The notes under the pieces: generated by a model
Databases searched by the model: none
What the model saw: only the letters and a program-made list of their open reading frames with translations
Told to the model about the DNA's origin: nothing
Position numbers and translations under genes: made by a program
NCBI GenBank assembly: GCA_013265495.1
Contig: MU060970.1
Location: 10,369,063 to 10,433,062 of the forward strand
Length of the DNA: 64,000 bases
Source: Vicugna vicugna
Taxonomy: Eukaryota
Reading direction: 5' to 3'
Shown here: positions 47,345 through 58,854 of the stretch, one piece after another
How positions within the stretch are numbered: position 1 is the first letter of the stretch
Layout of the letters: every line of letters begins with the position of its first letter

Positions 47345-47478
47345 AGCTTCCAGGTTTTCAAAAGGAATTAGGAATCCAGACTTTTATGTGGAATTAGGTG
47401 TTGATTAATAAAACTTTAAAAAAAAATCATGTGCAGGCCAGTTAAAACACATCTGGCAGCCAGATATTGCCCGAAAGC
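47345..47478 (+). mobile_element. hAT-type MITE relic
   Basis: ttttcaaaaggaattaggaatccagacttttatgtg...gcaggccagttaaaacacatctggcagccagat. Confidence 0.55.
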
Positions 47479-48049
47479 CACTTTGTCCACACCTCTGGAT
47501 TAGAGGGAAGGAAATAGGGCTCAGGAGCAGGAGGGAGCCATGAGGTGACTTGGTGGTCCCAGCAGGGAAAGGGCAGATGGGGAAGGGAGGGAAATTTCCA
47601 ACTACCAGATAAAGAGGGAACATGCAAGCTGCATGTGAAGAGCATGTTGGTTTGTGTCTGCAGCTTGGGCTTCTGCTGCAGGGTCTGGATGGTAAGCCTG
47701 GAGAGAAGGCCTCCAGCTCATGGACGGCCACAGGTACCCCTTAGGTTCACTGATGAGGGGATGAAAATGGGGCAGAAGAGGCTCAGATTTTAGGAACCCC
47801 AGGCCAGGTCTCCCCTGACCCCTTCTCAGGCCAGACCCCATCTTCTCCTTCCCCAGGCCTGGGCCTCCAGGGCTCACAGGCCCATCTGCCTCCTAGTGTG
47901 CACAGGATCCCATGGGGAGCCTTGGGAACCTCACCACATTGCAGAGAAAATTCCATTTCATCCTCTCTCCTAATCAGGTCTTCCCTCTTCTTGGTCCTAG
48001 ACATGCTCCCGCATCTTAGGCAGCTGTCGGGACCGTACGCAACGAGCCC

Positions 48050-48200
48050 AGGCTTTGCAGCAGGACTGATTCCACCACTTACTAGCTCTGTGATTTGGCA
48101 AAAGTTACTCAACCTCTTTGATGTTCCATTTCCTCAGATGAAAGTAGGAACAAGAACACCTACGGCATCAAGATGCTGGAAGGAATAAATGAGCCAACAA
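48050..48200 (+). mobile_element. MIR
   Basis: ccaccacttactagctctgtgatttggcaaaagttactcaacctct...tttcctcagatgaaagtagg. Confidence 0.75.
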
Positions 48201-48394
48201 AAGTGGTCCCCATCCTGCTTCTGGCCTGGCTAAGAACTGCCCATGTATCATTTTGGATTTTGTTCAGGGAGCTCTGTGACGTCCCAGAGCCCTAGTCTGC
48301 TCTCCTGTGAAATGGGCATAATAATGTCTACCACGCTGTTCTCAGGGTGAAAACAAACAAGGCCCCTATCATCTGATCCCTCCCAAAATCTGTC

Positions 48395-48725
48395 ACTCGG
48401 GTCAAGGCCTTATATGGACTCCCCATGCTTCCTCCTACCACAAGGCCTCTGCACATGCTGTTCCCTCTTGCATAAAATGCTCTTCCTTTTTGGCTGTGCA
48501 AACTCCTATATTTTCTGGGGATCTCAGCTTGAGTCACTTCCTCAGGGAAACCCTCCTCGATTTCCCTGACATCTCATTATAGGCTCTCTCTTGGCATCTA
48601 GTGTGATAATCTGATCAATGTCTTTTCTGTTTGTGAAGGCAGAGGCTGCATCTGGTTTTGGTTTCCTGCCATATGTCCCCTGAGCCCAGCTCAGAGTCGG
48701 GCACATGGTAGGTACTCCCTCTATG
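48395..48725 (+). mobile_element. LINE-2 fragment
   Basis: ctctgcacatgctgttccctcttgcataaaatgctcttcc...gtgaaggcagaggc...gggcacatggtaggtactc. Confidence 0.7.
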
Positions 48726-50690
48726 CTACTACTCTCATCATGATCATGATGATGTTTGTGACATGCTCCCAGCACTAGGGAGTCTGCATCAGTGAGTGAG
48801 GAGGGAGGGCAGGTACCAAGGCCTGTGGGAATTAGCTAAGGGTCTGTGGCCCCACCCAGGGCCTCGTGGTCCAAATCACCTCCCCCATCAGGCAAAGGCC
48901 CCAGCGTGTTACTCAGAGCTCTTACGGCAGAGTCCCCCCTTCCACCAGCCCAGCCTGCCCCCTTCCTGCTGTCTCCCCACCCCTCTCAGGGCCACGGAGC
49001 TGCTGGGACTGGGAGGAGTCAGGTGTAGGTGAGCTGTGGTTTAGGGGTTCCGGCCTCACAGAGGAAATGGTGGCACCTTTAAAAGGTCCCTCAGCCTGCC
49101 TCCACCCCAGCACCTCCAACAAATTTGGAGCTAACAGAGCTGGTGTATCTGGGGCAGTGGCTCCTGGGAGCCTCTGAGAGGAAGCCGTCGGGTGGGTCCT
49201 GCTTCCTGGAAGAGGGTGAGGGACTGTGGAAACACAGGGGCCCTCCCAAGAGTATGTACTCTAAAATGCCCTCACTTGCCCAAGCAGGGGAAGGGGCCAA
49301 GGCTTCCACGGCCTCGGGAGGAGCGTTCCTCCTGCTTCTTGGGCTCCTCTTGGCTTCAGCTCCTGGACTCAGGACAAGGGTGAGGGGCAGCTGGGCCCAC
49401 TTTACAGATGAGGCTCAGTGAGAGGGCCTTCTGAAACTTAGATCCTCTGGCTGAGAAGGGCAGGAGCCCCAGCTGGGAGCTGCAGGACATGTGGCACCTG
49501 CTCACCATCTGCCCCCCGAGGGCTCTGCTCACTGGCTGCCCTCTGGGATCCCCAGGGAGCTGAGGGCAGCTGGGTGGGCTCACTGCTGCTTGTAGCCTCA
49601 CTCACCCCAGGCTGGCCCCATGGACGGAGGAGGCTTTTGGGTACAGCCAAGCCACAATCAGGGCCACTGGCACTGGGCACTTCTAGGGAGCCGTGCGGCA
49701 GAGGATGCTCTTTGCCTAGACACCGGGTTGGTCTGTACCCTTTGGCTAAGGTGAAAGGGACTCGGTGGGGGTGAAATTTGGCTATAACCAATGTTGATGA
49801 TGAGCTAGAAACCCTACATGGTCTACAGATGGCCTCAGGATTGTCCGGCTGGGGCCCAAGCTGAATCGTGGTTAAAAGTTCTCATTATCATGGCAGAATG
49901 CCACCCCATAAGCAGCCCCTGGGGCCCAACCCCTAGCCTGAGGTCACCACCTCTCTTATTCTTCTAGGAATCTTGCCTGGTATCTCCGACCTCAGCAGTC
50001 ACCCTTCCCAAAATGCATAAGGTCTTGGTGCCTTTACTTAGGGTCCTTGAGGGCAGTGACTCACACCGAGTGCCCACCGCTGCCCTTACCCAGCACTCCC
50101 CAGGCCCTGACCAGTGCCCCATTTCACACGACTTACTATAACACACTCCTTACACTGATCCCGAGAGAGGCAAGGGGTACCCTTTACAGATGCTACTCCT
50201 ATCACCCCTTCCTACAAAGGGTTTCCAATCTGCCATTTCTGTCACATCCTCTGAGGAAGGGAGAGCAGCTGGCATGATCCCCATTTGAGACCCAAGAAAA
50301 AGAAGCACAGAGAGGTTGAGCAACTAGCCTACATTACATGGCCAGTGAGGAGCAGAGCTGGGTAAGGCTTCAGTGTTTCCTCCACTGTTTGTTCCACGTA
50401 CTCCTTGTTAGTGCACCATTCACCCCAGGATCCCATGAGGGGCTCGGCAGGACATGCAGGGTAGAGAGAACAGAGCTGGATGTGGGGTACATGTCCAGGA
50501 GGGGCCTGGACTCAGGTGTGAGAGTGTATGGACTGGAGAGTTTGGGAAGGGTCTGAGCAGGGACCAGCTCCTGGCCTGCCATGTGCCCTCTCCCCAGGAG
50601 AGGCAGGAAGGCTCAGCACCATGCAGAGCCCAAGCCAGCACTGGCCACAGACAGTGCTCAGGGGAGAGCCCTGGTCCACAGACTACTCAC

Positions 50691-50693
50691 CTT
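50691..50693 (-). CDS. CDH23: CDH23 3-nt microexon (AAG = Lys), human exon 34 equivalent
   Basis: Minus strand reads ...tgctaaccaccttctttgccttttctctccctcggccgcttcctgccactctgcctacag|AAG|gtgagtag: branch-point CTAAC, long pyrimidine tract, CAG acceptor and consensus GTGAGT donor. Gives DSTV-K-VYITV between two phase-0 exons. Confidence 0.88.
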
Positions 50694-51011
50694 CTGTAGG
50701 CAGAGTGGCAGGAAGCGGCCGAGGGAGAGAAAAGGCAAAGAAGGTGGTTAGCAGTTCCAGCCCAGCACCCACTCCAAGCAGTGGTCTGCTGAGGATGCCA
50801 TCCTGCCCCACCACCTGTCTGAGGTCTCCTCCCTGGTCCAGGCTGCCAGGGAAGGTGTGGCATGGTTGGCCACAGTGCCATCCCTGGGCTACTGAAACCC
50901 TCACCCACTGCCTGGCCTGCATGTTGGGTGGCTGGTGAAGTTGTGGGTTTGGGGGCCATTGGGGCAGTGATGGGCTGTCCCTGTGGGGCTCTCACCTGGG
51001 GATCTACTCAC

Positions 51012-51113
51012 CACAGTGGAGTCTACTTTGGGGCCGCCGTCATCTGCCACCACTGTCAAGGTGTAGAAGTCACCTTTCTCCCTGTCCACCTGGCCCTTGA
51101 CTGTGATCACGCC
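51012..51113 (-). CDS. CDH23: CDH23 exon 33 equivalent, GVITVKGQVDREKGDFYTLTVVADDGGPKVDSTV, 102 nt
   Basis: ctgcag|GGCGTG...ACTGTG|gtgagt; DRE motif; overlaps ORF 50901..51110. Confidence 0.97.
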
Positions 51114-51289
51114 CTGCAGGGAAGGTGCCAGATGGGCAGTGACATCATATACACCAGGCAGAACCTACCTTGTCCCCAAGCAGTCCCATGCTCTGATCAA
51201 ACTGGATTCCTCACCAGCCCTGAGCATCCTGCCCACTTTCCCACCTCCACATCACTTCCTCTGCTGGCATAACTTCTCTGTGAAGCTCT

Positions 51290-51575
51290 GTCTGTTGAAA
51301 TCCTCCTTCTCTCCCAATCCTACTTGGACACCACCTCTTCCATGAAGGCTTCTTTCTCCCCTAGCCAGGTGCCACCACTCTCTTATATGGGCCCCAGAGG
51401 GGCTCCATTATATCTCTATTACAGTTCTTTTCATATCATCGCTTGGGGTGCTCTGATCTGCATCCTTGATTATTCCCACTGCTACTCCTAGCCTAGGAAC
51501 TCTTTGAGGGCCAGGAAGGGTCTTGTTCATCTTTGTATCCTCAGTATCCCCCAGGACAAGGCCTGGCACATCATA
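51290..51575 (+). mobile_element. LINE-2 fragment
   Basis: aactctttgagggccaggaagggtcttgttcatctttgtatcctcag...gcctggcacatcatag. Confidence 0.65.
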
Positions 51576-51589
51576 GTGATTACTGCCTT

Positions 51590-51870
51590 GCCTATTTACT
51601 TTTTCTTTTCACTTTGCCTATTTTCAAAGAAGGGATTCTGACTTGAAAAAAAAAAACACTAAAGAAAAGATGGAAGAGTAAGATCTAGGCAGTAGATAAG
51701 ACATAGCTGCACCAGACACCTAAGACTAGCTTTTGCAGTAAAGCACTAAATTTATATGTGAGCTTCCTAACAGCCAGGGCAAAAAGGGAAACATGATGAC
51801 TTGCATAGCTTTCATTGACTAACAAGAAAACACCAGGTTGCCTATGCATAATCTTTATCTTACCCTTAAA
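51590..51870. mobile_element. Ancient LINE relic, possibly L4/RTE-X
   Basis: tgtgagcttcctaacagccagggcaaaaagggaaacatgat resembles a recalled L4 consensus; family uncertain. Confidence 0.35.
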
Positions 51871-52028
51871 TATTAAACAGATGCATCACAAGGATGTTTA
51901 TCTTTATGACAATGAAGACAGTGCTATGCACATAGAAGGAACTCGATCAATACTGGCTAGCTTTAAAGGCACTGAGCAGCCTGCCCCCAGGTAGAGCCCT
52001 TGCTGTGCTTGCCCCTAGCCTCCCTCAC

Positions 52029-52417
52029 CGTGATGGCATCTATCTTGAAGAGGGCTTTGGCCTGGGCGCTGGTGTAGGCGTCGAAGCGGTAGGTGATCTG
52101 GTTGAGGTTGTCGATGGAGTAGGCCTGGACCCGCACAATCTCAGTGCCCAGCGCCAGGTTCTCCAAGATGGCAGCCTCATAGGAGGCATTGGAGAATTGC
52201 ACAGCCTCGTCCAGCTCGTTGAGCAGAGTGATGTAGACACTGCAGAAGCCCTGGTTGAAGGGGGGTGCCTGGTCAGTGGCGGATACGTTCATCAGGTAGC
52301 TGGTCTTGGTCTCATAGTCCAGGTAATCCACGGTGATAATAAGCCCTGTGCTCTCATCAATCTCGAACTTGCCCTCCGCGCCTGACAGGATGCGGTAGTT
52401 CACCAGACCACCATCCC
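52029..52417 (-). CDS. CDH23: CDH23 exon 32 equivalent, GDGGLVNYRILSGAEGKFEID...LDYETK...NELDEAVQF...FKIDAIT, 389 nt
   Basis: ctgcag|GGGATG...ATCACG|gtgagg; within ORF 51963..52541. Confidence 0.98.
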
Positions 52418-53956
52418 CTGCAGGAGGACACAAGGGGCTCGGCAGTCCCGGTCGGGGTGGGCTGCCTGGGGCTTTCCAAGCTGCCCCAGTGCTCCCCTTG
52501 CTGTCCCAGAGGGACAGGGCGAGGGGCCTTGACTGGCCCACCCAGTATACACCACCCCTCCCCCACTCCTGTGGACCAGGTTGTCCCGAGGGACAGTACA
52601 GAGGACAGGGTCAAGGGCTATGTGGACAGCAAATCCAGCACACTCTGTTGACCTCCTCTGGGGCCTGTCCTTGACATGAGGGGGTGGTTCTATTCCTGGA
52701 ACCTTAAAATTCAAGCTCAAGCACTTCTCTTGGGTATTTGGACAAAGAGAGGGTGGGGAAATTAGGGATCTCTTATAGTGGGGGCTTTGATCTAGAAAGT
52801 TTAGATGGTGCAGCATCTTTGGGGGTGGCTATGCCTTCATTTGGTCCCTCTGGCTGAAGGGTTCCAGTATCAGGGTTACCCTCCTCTGTTCTCCAGACTC
52901 CCTCCACCCCAAATTCCTGTGCTTTGTTGGAATACATCCTTCAACCAGAAGCTAGAGTTGGGATTCCTTAGCTGCAGTCCACATACTTCAAAGAGAATGG
53001 TTATAAAACCACTCAGGCAATCCCAGACTCCTTTGGAATTATTTGCAAAAGTCTGAATGGACATGCATTTTTTTCTGGGGAGGGATCCATAGCTTTCACT
53101 AGTTTCTCAGATTCCTGGCCCAGAAAAGATCAGGAACCATTGGTCCACAGCAGCATATAGGACCTGGACTGAGAAAATGTGCCATGTAAGGGAGAACAAT
53201 CACCTTGGAGTTTTCTGGCCTATTTCTCCCTCTATCCTATCCTGTGCCCCAGGTGAGCTGGGGATACTGACAGGGGCTGGGTTGGGAGCCACCAGAGCAG
53301 CTGACATGAAGGAAGGGCAGGAGCTGGGAAACTAGGAGCAGTTTAGGTTGCCCAGGACAGAGGTCCTCTCTGGCCATAACCCTGGCCAGGGGCATAGGCC
53401 CATCTAGCCAGGCCCCATGACCTAGGTTGGCCACCTTTTTCCTTCATGTGGCACTGCTAACTGTGGCCACCTCTAGGGCTTGGAGCCTTTGGAGAGGTCC
53501 GGGCTGCCTTCAGGGACATCCACTGCCCTGTAGAACAGGACACTGCCCTTGGTCAAATGTTTGTGTGCCAGGCCGTGAGCTGCGGCTGGCTGGCTGAGTA
53601 GCCCTCAGCCAGCTTTCAGACAAATCCTTTACCTTCCCCAACATCTGCCTAGTCCCTAGCCAGGCGGCTGGGAGCTGCCAGGACCTGAGGTGACAAATCT
53701 AGACTTTCCAAGCTGTGACCTCTCCTCTCTCCAGCCAGAGTCTGGGACAACTCTCCTTGACTCCAGACCTCCCAAGACTGAGAATCTGGTGGGGACACCA
53801 CCAAGACTGTGCCAGGAGCCACTCTCCAGCCTGGAAGCCACTGAATGGGGGAGCCCGAGGCATCCCAAGGATGACAACCCTACAGGAGAGGGAGGGATGA
53901 GCTGGGGTGGGTCACTCTAGGGAATGGACTCTCTGGTTTCCTCCTGCCGGACTCAC

Positions 53957-54092
53957 CAGTGTCTCGGTCCGTGGCTTGGACAACAATGACTGATGTGCCA
54001 ATGCCCGCCGTCTCGCGAAGCCCCAGGCGGCTGTACTGCTGCTGTGTGAACACTGGGGCCTCATCGTTGACATCTTCAATGTACACGATCAC
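53957..54092 (-). CDS. CDH23: CDH23 exon 31 equivalent, VIVYIEDVNDEAPVFTQQQYSRLGLRETAGIGTSVIVVQATDRDT(G), 136 nt
   Basis: ctacag|GTGATC...ACTG|gtgagt; within ORF 53880..54185. Confidence 0.97.
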
Positions 54093-54543
54093 CTGTAGAA
54101 GCCAAGACAGGGATGAAAGGTCAGGGTCAGGTGGGGACTGGAGAAGCCCAGGGCTGGGCCCGTCTGGATCTCTGTGTGTGGTCACTGCTCTCCTGGGCCA
54201 GCTATGAGCTTCCTATAGTCCAGTTGGTCACTACATGCCCCCATCTTGTACAGTACCTAGCATGTGGCAGGTGCTCAGATACCACATGTTAGGGAGCAAA
54301 TCTCGTCTTACTCTTGGCTCTGCTTCAGATCCTGGGGGAACCTGTGGCTAATCAGTGAAACGAGCCATCGAATTTCTCAGCTATGGAAGGGTAATATCAA
54401 CATAATAGTTCACAACCTGTGCCACTCCTGTTATGAAGACAAAATGAGCCAGGGCCTCGTAAAAGTGCTTGAAAAAGTTTAAAGAGACCCCATTCAAATA
54501 TCGACACACCTAGAAAAATAAACATGAAAATGTCAACCATGGT

Positions 54544-54947
54544 TGTAGCAGAGGAAGCTGGTGCTTAGACCCCTTTAGATGCTCACACAACGTACCTTCT
54601 CTGGCGCCCTCACTGCCAGCGGCCAGCACTGTGGCTCTTTGTGGGGAACTAACCCCAGCTCACCCCACTCCACCCTGGCTGCTGGAGCCTGCACACCCAG
54701 AGAGCCAGAAGTGCCTGGAAATTACGTCCTGCATTGGCTAAGGCAGCCCTTAGCCAATGACTGATGGGCAGCTGAGACGACTCTCTCCGGAGCTCCCTGT
54801 GGGACTGAGTCAGTGTCCCGTGTTCCACTTTGCTGGCTGCCTTTCCTTCCTGGTCCCACGCCCCTTCTGGCCTTTCCTGGGAACTCTTCCTACTAATCAC
54901 ACCAATCCATGTCTCAGGATTTGCTTCTGGAGACCCCACCCAAGACA
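54544..54947 (+). mobile_element. ERVL solo LTR (LTR16-like)
   Basis: Starts tgtagcaga, contains gcagcccttagccaatgactga, ends ctcaggatttgcttctggagaccccacccaagaca (TG...CA termini). Confidence 0.8.
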
Positions 54948-55503
54948 GTGGCTATGTCAGAATTGTGGAATTACATATGATTTTCATCACTGCTTACATT
55001 TTCTAATTTCTCTTTAATGAACATGTGTGTCTTAGATAACCAAAAACCACACAGTTTAAAAAATGTTTATGGAGAGAAATGTTATGGCTAGAGATCAGCA
55101 CCACCACCCTTCTTTTTTGCGCCCCCCTCCCCCAACACACATAGGCTCACAGAGGGGTCTGGCCCAGGTGTGGGCAGGACCAGGGCTATGTATAGAAGGA
55201 CCAGTGTGGTGGGAAGAGGAGTTATAACCAGAGTGGTCGTGCTCTAGGAGCCACAGGGAGGACCAGGGCTCCTGCCTCTTTTCCCAGATGAGGGGACAGA
55301 GGCCCAGAAACGGGGAAAGACCTGCCCATGGCCTCACTGTCACTGAGGGCTGGAAAGAGCACAGGGGTTCTGGTTCCCAATCTACCAACCCTACTGCTCT
55401 TTGCTGTATGCTGGGGATGAGCTGGCCCCAGAGCAGGAAAGACACCTCTTTTCAGCCTAACAGAGCCAGGGCCAGCAGGAACCTGTCAGCAAAGCAGGCG
55501 GGA

Positions 55504-55546
55504 AGCACATGGGGCAGGGGAGCACACGGGGCAGGGGAGCACATGG
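55504..55546. repeat. 17-bp tandem repeat (agcaca[t/c]ggggcagggg) x2.5
   Basis: Directly visible. Confidence 0.85.
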
Positions 55547-56811
55547 TTCAGGGACAATGATGCACAGCACAAACTTCACACATGGTCATCAGCACCAATG
55601 GTGGCACAAGGCCTCAGCTGAAAGCATGCATATTTGGTTTTTGATTGATCACTGCCACTCAGATCAGCCTCAGCTTCTCTTCTGGGGTTAGCTAGGAAAC
55701 AGCTGGACAGAAGTGAAGGGGCTTCTGTTGGTATAAGCGGAAATGATGGCCTGACCAGTGGAGGACTGGGAGGTGAGTGGGGTGGCAGAGCCAGGGGGAG
55801 GAGAGACTCATGCGGGTAAAGGCTTCTCTACTTCCCCGCTCTTGGGGTTCCTGTAGCCCTGCTAGGTCATCAAATCTTCATGTCCAGACATCTAGAACAC
55901 ACTATGCAAACTAGGGTACCCACCCCTGAGCACAGCTGCTCACAAGCCGGAACCTAAGTCTGGCTTTGCCAACAACTTGGCTGGGAGATCCTGGGTGGGG
56001 TGGGTGTGGGGGAGAATTTGCATGGATGAATTTTAGGAACTCTCTTGCTATAAACAGACGCTACCCATCCATCTTTCGAAACCGTGAGCCTTCCCCTTCC
56101 CGAGTCTGCTTGTCCAAATGACCTTGACTCCAAGAGTCTGGGGGAACAGGGCTACGCTGACAGTTCGATAAGAGGAGGGTGGCAGTATGGTGCCTGGGTG
56201 TGGCCCGTCCTCCATGAGGCCGGTTGCATGCCACTATCCTCTTGCCGGTTTCAACCTTGTTTTTAGCAGCAAAGAAAGGAGGCAAAATGGTGTGTGGTTT
56301 GCAAACCTGAGAGACACAGATGTACAGGAAACACCCAGATCTGCCAAGTTCTTACTGAGCAAGAGGGCTCAGCGACTGAGCTACTGGGCTCCCTGGAGAA
56401 CCAGCCCCACTTTCTGCCCAGTGCTGCGCCCTCCAACGGCGATGAGGCAGGAGATGTGAGATGTGTGTGCAAGCGCACGTGCGCAGGGCACATGTGAGGC
56501 CCCCAGTCTCTACGAGGCCAGTTCACTCTACGATCCCTAGCCCCTCATCTATGCTGCCCTGGTCTCTGAAGCAGGAACTGGAGAATGTAGGTGGTCCCTG
56601 CAAGTCAGCTCTGCTGCTGCGGAGAAAATGAGCCCAGGGCAAAGCTGGAGTCCCCACACTGTCTTCAGGAAGGTCCCTGGCTTTCCTGAAGCTCAGGGGT
56701 GTGGGGGCCATCAAGCCCTGGCCCCAAGGGCCAGCAGCCAAATTCCCACCTTAAAATCGATTCTTTGGGGATAAGGTAGCAGTAGTCTCTGTTCCGGAGC
56801 CCTCTGTGAGG

Positions 56812-57050
56812 CAGCATAGTGCAGTGGTTAAAACACACCTGAGCTGACTGCCTTGGTGTGAAGCCTGGTTCTATTGACCCTGACTGCTGTGTGACCCTAA
56901 ACACACTGGCCAAACCCATCTTGCCTCAATCTCTCATCTGTAAAGTGGGTATAATAACCGTGCCTATCTCAGAGGGCTGTTATGAGGGTTGAATGAGTTC
57001 AAGCAAATGAGGTAATTAGCAAAGATCATGGCACAGAGTAAGAACTCTGT
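56812..57050 (+). mobile_element. Near full-length MIR
   Basis: gcagcatagtgcagtggttaaaa...ctgctgtgtgaccct...tctcatctgtaaagtgggtataataaccgtgcctatctcagagggctgttatgagggttgaatgag. Confidence 0.88.
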
Positions 57051-58204
57051 GAGGGTTTAACACTCCTGGGTTCGAGGCAGGAGGTGCAGAGGGAGGGCGG
57101 CCGACCAGGGGCGGCTCTGGCGGCCCCACTCCCACACTGCTTGGCCCAGCCCGGCTACATGCTGTTTTACACAGGATCTGGAGCGCTGCATACTATTTTG
57201 TTTTAAAAGGTTTGCAGCCACGATGCTGAGGCAGTGACAGGAGCAGGTACTGGAGAGAGGTACCAACCTGCTTCTGGGGCTCAGGGTGCCCTGGAGGGCT
57301 GTGGTTAGGCAGCTTGAAGTCCAGGGGGCCAACCCAAGCTATGCTGATGTCAGCCACCTGGGGCCTGAAGCTAGCCCCACAAAGGGCACGCTCTGAAGTG
57401 GGTACACCACTCAGCATGTAACTAAGTAATTCGCTGTCATGCAGGTGAGCGTGGCCGTGTGGAGCTGCCCCAGTGCACATCCAAGTACCTGTCTGACCCT
57501 CAGTCACCAGAACCCTGGAATTGTCCCAAACAGCCCCAAGGTCTATAACCCAAGGGATCTAACCCCTCAGCCATCTCCACTGGGGCAGATCTTACTCTGA
57601 GGGGCGGCCGTAAGGACCCAGGTTTCTCTTTCCATCTCTTCCTGGGGCACAGCTGAAAGGGGGTCCACAGCAGGAGACAGGTCAGGGCTGAATCACCCTC
57701 TCCCCAGCACATTTCTTAGCGTTGGTCACCCCAGGCAGGCTTTTGTTCATTGTTTCCAGCCAGAGGGAAACAGTGGGGTGGAGATGGGGCTGATAAGAGT
57801 AGCTGATTCTGCCCCACTCAGTTCTGGGTAAAAGTCCCTGCTTGCTCCCCACCCCAACTTTTCCCGTCTCCCTCCTACTCTTCACCTTTAGGGTCTGACT
57901 CACTTTCCACTTGGTTAAGGGGAAGGGGCTGTGAGCTGCTAAGTGCGTGGGAGGCGGGTGGGGGTGGCCTTGAGAGGTCATCTCAGTCAGCCCCCCGCCA
58001 CAGGGCAGGAGAATGCATCAGCTCAGCCAGTGGAATGTCTGGGTGCATGTTTCTGAGCATCGGGAACACTGGAGTTGATGCGATTTCAGCTGCGTAGGGG
58101 AGAGGCCCGAGGTGAGTGAGGGCGGGCAGAAAAGAATGCACCTGATGAGGCAGCTGGGAGTGGTGACTGGAATATCTGGGGGACACTTTCAATGGAAAGA
58201 GTCC

Positions 58205-58300
58205 TGAACTTGGACTCAGAAGACCTGGGCTCAAGTCCTGGTTCTATCACTAGTGACTTCTCTGGGCCTCAGTTTCCTCATTTGTAAAATGAAGTTTGCA
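58205..58300 (+). mobile_element. MIR 5' half
   Basis: ggactcagaagacctgggctcaagtcctggttct...ctgggcctcagtttcctcatttgtaaaatga. Confidence 0.8.
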
Positions 58301-58705
58301 ACATCTACATTTCTAGGATCACTTACATGAAATTTCCTTGGCCCACCCTGGATTGTTGTGTGGATACAGGGGGTTAGTATTGTAAGGACACCTCTTAGGT
58401 ACCTTAGACATCAGTGTCACTGACCCCTTTCCACATCTGAAGAAACAGGCTCAGAGCAAAATGACATGTCCAAGATCCCAAGCTGGGCTGAGCCTCTGGC
58501 TGCTCCCCACTGCACCCTGAACTCCAGGAGTCATCTGGCACCTAAACCAGTGATGGTCCTGCCTCCTGCCCTGGGCTCCAACTGGTGGTCATCTTCTATC
58601 CACCTGTGGCCTTGGCCCAGCCCTGAGATCAGCACTGAAGAGGATGAAGGACTTCATAATGAGTCACCCCAATGCGCCCCCCTCCAACTGTGTCCCCAGC
58701 CTTAC

Positions 58706-58854
58706 CCTGACAGAGCTCCGCATAGGGCCCAAGTCGTGGTTGTAGGCCTCCACTATCAGAACGTGGGATGAGTTCAGCTCCCGGTCCAGGGGCCGGGGCC
58801 CTCGCATTAGGAGCCCATTGCTGATGTGGATCCGGAAGTTGTTGCCATGGTTAC
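58706..58854 (-). CDS. CDH23: CDH23 exon 30 equivalent, GNHGNNFRIHISNGLLMRGPRPLDRELNSSHVLIVEAYNHDLGPMRSSVR, 149 nt
   Basis: cccag|GTAAC...GTCAGG|gtaagg; within ORF 58664..58990; DRE motif. Confidence 0.97.

Noticed and set aside
51963-52028. Read-through of exon 32 into the intron giving a secreted truncated CDH23
   Set aside because: The 21-aa extension to a stop is visible, but I found no canonical minus-strand poly(A) signal before exon 33 to support a terminal exon.
55504-55546. Short direct repeats resembling a repeat-spacer array
   Set aside because: Simple head-to-tail 17-bp tandem with no unique spacers; eukaryotic context and no cas genes, so not CRISPR.
57060-57080. GGTTCGA B-box-like motif suggesting a tRNA or SINE
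   Set aside because: No A-box or cloverleaf; no tRNA, rRNA or snRNA gene is supportable anywhere in the window.
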